DNA of 60,874 nt, filler included, from Dugesia japonica (lineage: Eukaryota): assembly GCA_001938525.1 (NCBI GenBank). It is 6 parts of 6 records of this genome, joined end to end, with 100 filler letters (N's around TTAATTAATTAA, not from the genome) between each part and the next. Parts side by side here need not be neighbours in the genome. Positions count along the whole stretch, not along the records: positions 49,990 to 60,874 come from MQRL01451386.1; 5 more parts are not named here. One strand, given 5' to 3'. A program made the translations under genes and the position numbers. The stretch's first letter is position 1. Each line of letters starts with the position of its first letter. Under the pieces are notes generated by a model that had not been told where the DNA came from, searched no databases, and saw nothing but the letters and a program-made list of their open reading frames with translations. Below are positions 51,616 to 60,874 of this stretch, piece by piece.

Positions 51616-53095
51616 CAGGTAACCCTCCTATAACAGAGGTGACAAGTTCCTATAATATGAAGTGTTATGTGAAACCGTGCTATAGGAGACTAGAAGCTAG
51701 TATAAAAAGAGTGGTAACTTTCCAAAAATATTTCAATGACATAGAAGAAACTTTATTTTTGTTAAGAATAAGAAAACAAATAAAAATACACTTAAATATA
51801 TAAAAAATAAATAAATAAAAAAAACAAACAAAAATTGGCATAAATACATATAAATTTAATTTATTAATTTATTCGTCATCGCTGCTCAATCCTATTAAAC
51901 GGGAACGTTTGTTCGGTTGAATAACATCATCTTTACTTCCTGAAATATTTTCTGCATTTGTATTTTACTCGCCTTCTGATATCTTTAAAAAATCCGTAAT
52001 CTAGCTTTGTTTCCTTGTTCTTTCAAGGTTGTTGTAAATTTCTTAATATGGTGATAAGCTATTTTGCAATTCTTTTTTGAATTTTCGGCTTCTTTCAGCA
52101 CAAGGGTCTGCATTCAAGAAAAGTAATTCCAAGTTTTTGGCCAAGCCTGATCCTTCCTGTAATTTTTTTAATTTAAAATTATTAACTTCAGTATCTTCAT
52201 CAGAGCTAGAATCGATTTCATTCACTAAGATAGGTATGCCATTTCCACCAAATCTGCTTCGCCAACTTCTTCTTTTCACTAATCATTCTTGAACATCCTC
52301 AATAGCCATATCCACAATTCCTTCTCCGTCGAACGACCTATAAAGTTCTATTATGCCACAAATTTCTTTTTCTTCTAATTTATGCACATTTTGTATCTCA
52401 ACTGCTGCTTGTCATACCTTTTTCCAACATGGATTTAATGTTGTACTTTGCAGTTCTTTCAGAGATAAGGATATGATTTCGATGCAGTGCTTCATGGAAA
52501 TTTGCTTCCAAGCTTCCTTTACATCAATAGATTTTTAATAATTTATATATAGAGTCCATTGTAATGACCTTCTTATGTAATAAGTTTTAAAGGTATAAAT
52601 AATACCTTGATCCATTGGCTGGAGCAATGAAGTGGTATTATGAGGTAGAAACGCTATTTGAACGTTAGGATGACATAAATCTTGCGGGTGGACCCGGCGC
52701 ATTATCTATTAGTAATAGCACCTTGAAGTCGAAATTATTGTGCTTTAAATAAATATCTACCTCTGGGATAAAACAATTTAAAAACCAACTTCTAAATAGA
52801 TCTACAGTTACCCAAGCTTTTGAATTTACTTTCCAATATACCGGTAAAGCGTTTTTATTTATGCATTTGAATTTACGTGGGTTCAAAGATCTATAAATGA
52901 TCATGTGTTTTGTCATATAATCCTCCGAAGCATTACTATACAAAAGTAACGTTACACAATCTTTTGATACTTTAAACCCGGGTGAAATGTTTTCATTTTT
53001 TGATATAAATGTGCTATTGGGCATTTTTGTCCACCAAAGCCCAGTTTCATCGGCATTAAAACCTTGTTTTGATGTGTATCCTTGCTCCTCAATTA
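51616..53095 (-). mobile_element. Tigger/pogo transposon relic (TIGD1-like DDE transposase)
   Basis: FNADETGLWW.KMP, KAWVT..LF..WF...[32 protein letters not shown]; terminus TA|CAGGTAACCCTCC at 51616. Confidence 0.9.
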
Positions 53096-53284
53096 TGAAT
53101 TAACATGAATTAATATAAATGTTAAATACACCAAAATCTACTATCCGTAGACATTAATTGAAGCTTGGATAAATAAACTGTTTTGATATATGAATTCCAC
53201 ACGATTTAATTGAAAAGAATTTGTTAGAATCGCATCGACATCTGCCCCTCGCTATATAAAAGCTAAGAAGCGACACAAGCAGAA

Positions 53285-53860
53285 ACCGGATATGAGAAAT
53301 GGATCATTTTTAATAATGTTTAGTGGAAAACATACCGTGGAAAAAAATAGAATCATCATTAACTTCCTCCAAAAGTCGATTTTCATTCAAAAATGTTATT
53401 CTCTGTATCTGGTGAAACTGGTAAAGAATTTAGTTTTATGAGGTTCTACAAACTAATCAGACGATAGATTCTGAAATATATTGTTTTCAAGTTGATGAAT
53501 TAAACAAAGTCAGTTGAAAGAAAACGTTGAGAACTAGGCAATTTGAAAAGGGTCGTGTTTCATCAAGACAATGCGTGCCTTCATGGGTAGTTGGCTTCTA
53601 GAAAAAAAGGGTTTGGAGCATGGTTGAAAAGTACTGCCACATTTGCTTCATTAACCAGACATTACATCAACATATTTTTAGATATCTGGGTCTTTGCAAA
53701 ATTCCCTTAAAGACAAAAGCTTTAGCTCTTTGATCGATATAAAAAATAAGCTTCAAAATTTTTCACCAGAAAATCTTTAAAATTCTATAAGGATGAAATT
53801 TTTAAGTCTCATGAAATATTGAAAAAGTTTGTGGAACAAAATGGCAACTATGTAATTTAA
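53285..53860 (+). pseudogene. mariner transposase relic (catalytic half)
   Basis: TGYEKW (TGDEKW), NQTIDSEIYC, VFHQDNA, degenerate LPHPPYSPDL, SLQNSL. Confidence 0.85.
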
Positions 53861-54029
53861 TAAATTTATTTTGAAATTTAAATATGCAATCAGGGCAACC
53901 CTTATAATTGTTTGCGAAAATGTTATTGTAATTAAATATTTTATAAATATTTTATATATTTATTATTTAGTTTTTTACATTAAATTCAAAAAAATATATT
54001 TTTGACCAGTTTTTATTTTTAATCAATTA

Positions 54030-54860
54030 TATGTAATGATCCTTGCTATTAACAACATTCTTGCCATCAATGTCGGATCGATAAAAATCACTTGGTTTTG
54101 AGGTCAATATCTGTAGATAGCATATTAGACATCATCTTTTAAACATAAAATTTCTTTTGATCTTTGCATTTAAAAATGAATTTAAAATAAAAAATTTGTT
54201 TTTCAAAATATTTATTTAATATACAGATCATTGATTAGAATAATTTTTTCAAAAGGAATTTTTTCAAAATGAATGATTCTGCGAGTACTCCACCAAACTA
54301 AGAAAAGCGCTTTTTTTGGATATAAACGTAGCTTAGCAGTACTTCGTTTCGATTTATTCTGAAAGAGCCACTGCATTTTGCGTTGTGGATTATCATAAAA
54401 GACCCTTTTTTATCTCTAGTGATCAAACAATCAATAGATACTTCTGTATTGCACCATTAAAACAATAAGTTGTATATGATGAATTGGTTACCTTTGTTTT
54501 TTAGGACAGATTATGCGGGACCCAATCATCTACTCTGTTTACTTTACCAATCCTTGTTCTTGGATGGTCAACCAATGTTGGTTGACAGTTCATCAACTGT
54601 CTGAGACAAATTTGCTTCAACTCCCGTCATTAACATGTTATTATCTTAAGTTGTTGATTTTCTTGATTGATACAAATCGAAAAGATCAAAATTACCGGAT
54701 TTGAATTTAGAAAATCACCTTTGGCATTTACAAACCATTCATGCACTTGGATAAACATCGCAAAGGTTTTTAATATCAAGTGTTACATTACTACCCTTGT
54801 GACACTCGAAAAGCATAAAATATCAGATTTGTACCATTTCTGGTTTTTGGGTGGCCATTT
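54030..54860 (-). pseudogene. mariner transposase relic
   Basis: FSKFKSGNFDL (HTH), PHNLS, LITRDKK, YDNPQRK, LYPKK..LVWW...IIHFE, SKPSDFY. Confidence 0.82.
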
Positions 54861-55308
54861 TACTTAAAATTGCAATAAAATTAAGATTTAATTACTTTAA
54901 AGTAAACAAGATACTTTAACCTTATGGTACAATTTATAGTACGCTGGCAAATTAATATTTATGTTGTAAAATTCACATATTTACATTGCAAAGTAAGAAT
55001 AGTTATTTATTAGAATTTTATGTAAATAAATATTTTATAAATATTTATATGCACCTTTACCCCCATTTACAAGGTATTTTTTTGCACATTTTCACTTTTA
55101 CACAGTTTCAAAAATTATAAATGTTTCTAATTTTTAGAAATTTGGTTTCATAAATTATCTGCATTTAATACTTATTCATTCTTAGTAACATTTATAATAT
55201 GTATATATCTATATAGATATTTAAAATGAAAAATATGATTAAATAGGGAATTACCTGATTTAAGTATACTTGTTTAAATTAATTAAAATTATAAAATTAT
55301 GTCTTTGT

Positions 55309-55380
55309 CTCCATTTACACGGTTTCGATTGACACGGAATTCTCAGGAACCAATTTACCGTGCTAAGCGTGAGATAGGTG
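55309..55380. mobile_element. Isolated Tigger/pogo-type terminus
   Basis: Reverse complement resembles the 51616 terminus (GTTCC...GAAACCGTG...GGAG) and is followed by TA. Confidence 0.5.
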
Positions 55381-56477
55381 TACTTTATAAATACTTTATA
55401 TCTTTTAAAATCCATACATTTTAATTGCAAAATAGGAATTGTTATTTAATAAAGTTTTGTACTCAATTTCCACCAAACTACCCCAATTTTTCTATGTTAG
55501 TCATTATTCTCATCGTACATAGATTATTACTATTAATTTAATATTAACAATCATTAGTCATTATGCCACTGAGTTTATTTTTAAACCAGTATTAAAATTG
55601 TATATAAACTATTATTGAGTTGCTGTAATATTTAAAATGTTATCTTCTAAAATTTTACGTAATAAACATTTGAAATTATCATTATATTTCGGGAAAAAAT
55701 CATTGTCAAGTAATAATTTAGGATTTTACGAAAATGAAATGTACAAAGCTTATTTGGAAAATGCATAAAATGTTCATTATGTAATATATTACATTTATTT
55801 TATTAATATTTCATTTTTTATTTTCAAATTTTAGACCTGGAATAATTTTTTCACTAGTAAGAAACAAATGAACATTAATACAAGTTTTGATTCAAATTCT
55901 TTAAGTGATTACAATTCAATATATCAAATGATAGAAAATTATTGGATAATTCATTTTATTTTTTTTATCATTTTATGAAAAGTAATTGAAATAAATTTGT
56001 CTATGATTATATAACGTTGAAAAATGTTCAATTACTACAAAGATAGATCAAAGATATTAAAATAATTAATTTGAATGAAAATCATAAGAACTTTAGTATT
56101 TATTTATTTAAAAAGTCAGTGATATTACTCACTAATTAGACAGTAGGTTATTTTATAAATTTAAAGTTTTCATATCTTGAAAATACTTTTGTCGACTGTT
56201 AAAGTTCAAAATTAAAATATTTTAAATGTTTATTATCTATCCGTATAATAATAAATCTACAATACGAAAACTTTTCCTTATTTATTTGAACTTTATCTTT
56301 AATAATCAATGACAATATTTTGTTTAAATTATGAAGAAATTAAAAATCTTATGTGCAAAAATTCTACTTTACATCTATGATCAGCATAAAACATTATACA
56401 CAGATCCAATTTTAGAATTCATTTAAAATAAAAGCTTCGATCACAAAATTTTTTTATTTCTTGTTGTTTTGAGATTG

Positions 56478-56510
56478 ATTCCATATTTCGACTTTGTCTT
56501 CGTCAGGAAT
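56478..56510 (-). ncRNA. Antisense copy of the minimal hammerhead motif (cleavage triplet AUG, predicted inactive)
   Basis: ATTC-CTGACGAAGACAAAGTCGAAA-TATG-GAAT on the minus strand. Confidence 0.55.
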
Positions 56511-56525
56511 TGACTTTTTTGGCTA

Positions 56526-56558
56526 ATTCCTGACGAAGACAAAGTCGAAATATCGAAT
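56526..56558 (+). ncRNA. Minimal type I hammerhead ribozyme motif
   Basis: ATTC-CTGACGA-A-GACaaaGTC-GAAA-TATC-GAAT: core boxes, 3-bp stem II, palindromic loop-less stem III, 4-bp stem I, predicted AUC cleavage after 56554. Confidence 0.65.
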
Positions 56559-56899
56559 CAATCTCAAAACAACAGAAAAATAAAAAAAATTTTTGATCGA
56601 AGCTTTTATTTTAAATGAATTCTAAAAAACGATCAATGGTTACGTCCAACAATTATTCTTGCAATAATTGGAATTGTAGATCCAATTTTGTTTGCATTAA
56701 TCTATAATATTTTTTAACCAATACAAATTTTGTTCATTTAAAATATAATACATATATTGCAGAATAATAATAAAAATAGTTTTAAAATATTGTTTCTGTG
56801 GTGTATTTGTTAAAATAAAATGTTTTATAATCTAACTATATAAGTTGTTAAATATAAGTAAGAATAATTAAGAGTTGATATTCAAAAATGTGTATTATA

Positions 56900-58183
56900 T
56901 TGTTAGGCAATACTGTTGTTAAGAGGAACATGCTTTATGCCAAGAAATATTTTCAAAGTGACAAAGATTGATCCTACCTTAAAAACAGTGAGTAATTTTT
57001 CTGCGAAACAACATTTCCTCCTGTAGTTTGTGGTCTAAATGAAATATCTGACCAACGCCATAAACAAAGCTTCATTCCCAAGTAACGTAGAATCATAAAT
57101 TTGCAATGAAAATTTAGTGGCTCGCAAGTTTGTAACTACTTGCTCTACCACATTTACTGCCATTTTATCAATACGTCTTTAAACAAATGTGTACTTAGTG
57201 GTAAAAGTTGAGCACTTAGCTTGGATCCTGGAACATCACAGTTCTATTAATTTCTTTAAATGCTGGTAAGATGGGTTCTTTGACAATGGTATGAGGTTTT
57301 CCACACTTTGCCATGAGTTCCAAAACATGGTACGGTGCAAAAGTCCGTTACTCCTTTTATGTTACTTTTGTGAAACATTATGGTAATTTGTTTTCGTTCC
57401 TTGAATTGCTTATGCAGAATTTTAAAATAATCCACTGGCTTATCCTTTTTGTCTGAGTGCATAAAATTTTAATGTGCTTGGTGGCTTCATAGTCTCATTT
57501 GAATATGTGTGTTTACAAATTAGGCACATTGATATATGCTTGCAATTAAGAGCCTTAACAAATCCATATGAGAAATAGTCAAACAAATACTGTCTGCAAC
57601 GCTTCCTATTTGATGAAATGTCTTCATTCAATCCTGGGGATAACCATATGCAAATAAATGTATTGTAAAGTATTTAAGTCGATAAGCAAGCACATTTCCT
57701 ACTCACAGTGTGCTGTTGATACACAAATTACTGATAAAATCAAAAGACAAAATGTGAAAACTCAAAAATAGCGGTTGCACTGTCTGTACTTTGTAAGATG
57801 AGTAAGTGAATGACTACTCTAGAATGTTGTAGTGTAAGTTGTCTTAAATTTCTGTTTGTATTACATGCATTATTAGTAACAGAAAATTTGCGAGTACGTG
57901 TGCATGCACATGTAGCATATGCTATATACAGCTGGATTAAGATATTAGGACAACTCAGCTAAGTTGATTAGTTGTTGGTTATGGTGAATGGTGCTTGGCT
58001 TATGTGAATAAGTGTTTGTATGTACTAATATACAAGTTACTAGTTACATCTGAGTACAGGCTGCAGATAAATTGTCAAAAGTCTAATTTCCACATATACA
58101 CAGAGCGCCCACTCACTGCCCACTTTCTTCTTAGCGCCCACTTAAACTTTTTATAACGCCCACTAGTTATGGTCCAACCACTG
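56900..58183 (-). mobile_element. hAT-Buster (ZBED5/SCAND3-like) transposon 5' part
   Basis: RQY..DY.SYGF, MCLIC...SNETMKP, KPVDYFK, GKPHTI.KELILPA, RRIDKMA, FSLQ..DST. Terminus CAGTGGTT at 58183 with GTGGGCG subterminal repeats. Confidence 0.88.
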
Positions 58184-58209
58184 TGCTGAATTCTTGAAGT
58201 CATCAATTA

Positions 58210-58600
58210 TTACCCATTATTCAAAGCATGTTACTATCCGATCGATAAAAGGATCGTAGATATTTCGGAGAAGAAATAATAAGTAGACTTCAAAAGCCGA
58301 CTTTTATTTTTCACTCAGGTCATGCAGCACCCATTTGTCAAGGTTTTTCACTTTTTTTAATTGTTTGAACTGATTCAGAATGGCAACATGACTAATAATT
58401 AACTCTTGGGTAAGCAGTCAAATAGTTGTATTGAATCTGCCTTAACCAAATCGTTTAATTTTTCATTATTTACTGAAGATAGACATTATAACGTCTAAAA
58501 TTTCGAGCGCTCATTTATCGTCCCTGACTGAGTTCGCGATTGATATTTCGACGTTCCTATCCAGCCTTGTAGTCCAGTTTGTACTCTTAAAGTTAAATGA
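58210..58600 (-). pseudogene. mariner transposase relic (N-terminal part)
   Basis: KVKNLDKWVLHDLS (WVPHEL-like), LLRN..DPFIDRIVTC.E. Confidence 0.75.
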
Positions 58601-58672
58601 CACACATTTGATTTTTTCCCTATTTGAAATCTTCTATTGAAATGGCGAAATATTTTGAAATAATAAAACAAA

Positions 58673-58797
58673 TTCATTAAAATAAAAGCTTCGAACATAT
58701 TTGTTATTGTTTTTGCTCGTAGCTTTTATTTTAATAAATTCTGAAAAACGTTCAATGGTTACTTCCGACAATTATTCTCGCAATAATTGTAATTGTA
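58673..58797 (+). mobile_element. Fold-back retro-insertion family, copy C (diverged)
   Basis: Short imperfect palindrome TTCATTAAAATAAAAGCTTCG...AGCTTTTATTTTAATAAA, the same tail, and a 15-bp near-TSD AAAT(A/T)ATAAAACAAA. Confidence 0.75.
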
Positions 58798-59054
58798 AAA
58801 TTATAAAACAAACACGAAATTAATACAGAAATTTATAATGTTAATAAAAAATATTTCACTGTCTTACATTCTTGTATTAAAAATGACTTAAAAATTCTTT
58901 TTTTTGAAAAAATCAGTTTTTCTACATTTACAAAAATTATACTTTGCAAATATTTAATTGGAAACATGTACTTCAACATATTCTATGATATAGTTAAAGA
59001 CAGATTGACTCAAAGTACTTATAGTTATACATTTCCATCATTTTATGGAAATGA

Positions 59055-59987
59055 CAGGGGTGGCTCAAAACATGTGGACATATATAAGTTAAGTTACTTT
59101 CCAAATCAGACTTCATTTAAATATTTATTATAAATCAAAATTACACAATGATCAATCACGCGTTAGACTCGTTATAATAATCTATATGAAATTTTGCACT
59201 TTACTTCTCTTCACGATTTAAATAATCTTTTTTGATACATGATTGATTTAAATCAATAAATCCACAAGGGGTTTATTAGGATTTGTATTTAAGAATGTTT
59301 TTAATTTTTATAATTTGCTTTTGATATTGTTTTTTTTATTGTTAGATTTTGTAGGATTTGTTAAAAAAAGTTGAAGAAAAGATTTTTGTTTTGATAATAC
59401 GAATTTTGTTGGTCAGTTTTTGAAATAAGACATTAGTAAATCTGTAATAAATGTATTATTTATTTATCAAATTTTATTGTAAATATCGAATATATTACTT
59501 TTTATTATTTTGTAATTTAGATTTACGTTATTTAGTGTAAATAATAAGTAAAGTTCATTTTTTAGTTTAGAATTTTTGCAGGAATTTAATATTCAGATCC
59601 AAGAAATTTTTTTAAGAAAGAGACAATAAATTTATTTAGTATGAATAAACTTTTGGAAACTAATTTTAATTCTGTTGTTGATAGATAACCCTCTTATAGG
59701 GTTAATTATTATTTACAGAACAAATCACTTATACGATATACTAATAAAGGGTGGTCGATAAAAAATTGCAGTTTTCAAAACTGGTCTAATTTTAATTCTT
59801 TTAATTAATATATACTAAAATATCATATGCTGACGATGTTATAGAGTGTAATGAGAACTATACTTTTTATTAATTAATTCATTTTACTATTTCATGTAAA
59901 TACTCTATAGTTTATTATATTCTTGTATTATTAATATTGTTATATCTATAATAAAAATTAAAAACGGAAATATTTTGGGCCACTCTA
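59055..59987. mobile_element. Possible non-autonomous Tc1-like element
   Basis: CAGGGGTGGCTCAAAACAT versus ATATTTTGGGCCACTCTA imperfect TIR pair; a further TIR-like end near 59747. Confidence 0.35.
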
Positions 59988-60874
59988 TATTTAACAATGA
60001 AATAAAAAATATAAGAATAAACATGAAATAATTAGAAGTTATTCGAGAAATGATATATGTAACTATGGAAAAGTAAATATATATAATTGTGATAAAATTC
60101 CAAATAGAATATTTGATATTTTAAATTTTACCACAAATTTTGTATTAATTAAAAGTAAATGATCTTCATTAAAACAAAGTCAAAAAGTAATAGGAATGAT
60201 AATCAGAAATTAATTAAATAAATGAAATTAATTCAAGAAACAAAATTGTTTGAAAATTCAGATCATAACATGAAGTTATATTAATATTAATCTTCAGCTA
60301 ACAAAGGTCAGAAAATACTTTGTAATCCAACGGATATTTAGTAGATAGATTATTTTAAAAGCAAGAGATCAATCGAGAAGAGAAAAATAAAAGTATAACA
60401 TTATGATAATTAAATTTTACACTTGAATTGAAAATCAATTTTTACAGAAGAATAGAGCATATAATCAACCAAACCTAACAATATACGTATAAAGAAAATG
60501 GAAAATTTATTAGTACAATCAATCACTCAAAATAGCTGATAGTATAATTAATTCACAAATTAATCACCAAAGTGCGATAATTTGCTGGTATATGTTATTT
60601 GACTAACCATTCTCATAGATAATGAAATAAAAACAAATCTAAACCATTGCATTTTAATATTGTTGGCAAGACTAGTCAAGTAGCAACTTTTGAAACTAAA
60701 TCAATAGTCCGGGTTACATCAACTCCTTATGTATAATCAAGTCGCTATTAACACATTAAGGTTTTAAGAAGATATTAAATACAATAATAATAATAATAAT
60801 GTTGGGGTTTTACCCTTTTTACGTTGGTGATTTCTGTAATTAATTCTAGGGAGTCCATCTTTATATAAAATCAG

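Larger units (their letters stand above)
56414..56677 (+). mobile_element. Fold-back retro-insertion (Penelope pLTR-like family), copy B
   Basis: About 100-bp-arm palindrome (56410-56627), conserved tail, and 12-bp TSD AGATCCAATTTT (56402-56413 / 56678-56689). Confidence 0.85.

Noticed and set aside
51616-55380. One large Tigger element bounded by the 51616 and 55380 termini
   Set aside because: The termini are related in style but too divergent to be a TIR pair.
1-60874. rRNA, tRNA, or intact capsid/ATPase/Polinton integrase genes
   Set aside because: None recognisable; absence is not proven without profile searches.

Overview
Very AT-rich eukaryotic DNA with short GT-AG introns and (TAA)n microsatellites; the organism cannot be identified from the sequence. 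The window is not one contig. Five identical 100-nt spacers (44N-TTAATTAATTAA-44N) join six segments: 1-10720, 10821-19084, 19185-28188, 28289-36676, 36777-49889 and 49990-60874. Almost everything recognisable is decayed mobile DNA. There are three Polinton/adintovirus-type protein-primed PolB pseudogenes with an endonuclease-VII insert, apparently with spliced 5' exons, and a parvovirus-like PLA2X pseudogene. Retroelements include a full-length Ty3/Gypsy element with both LTRs, RLE-type non-LTR elements and a Penelope element. DNA transposon relics include MULE, hAT-Buster, Tigger/pogo and mariner/Tc1. One large multi-exon host-type gene (about 11.4-18.9 kb, minus strand) keeps its exon phases but carries stops and looks pseudogenised. 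The most striking non-coding structure is a family of fold-back insertions (34.1, 56.4 and 58.7 kb). Each has a 12-15 bp target-site duplication and a shared ~50-nt tail, and the longest carries a minimal hammerhead ribozyme core on both strands. An 86-bp-arm hairpin sits upstream of one PolB gene. All calls come from manual translation and motif recognition; boundaries of decayed elements are approximate.
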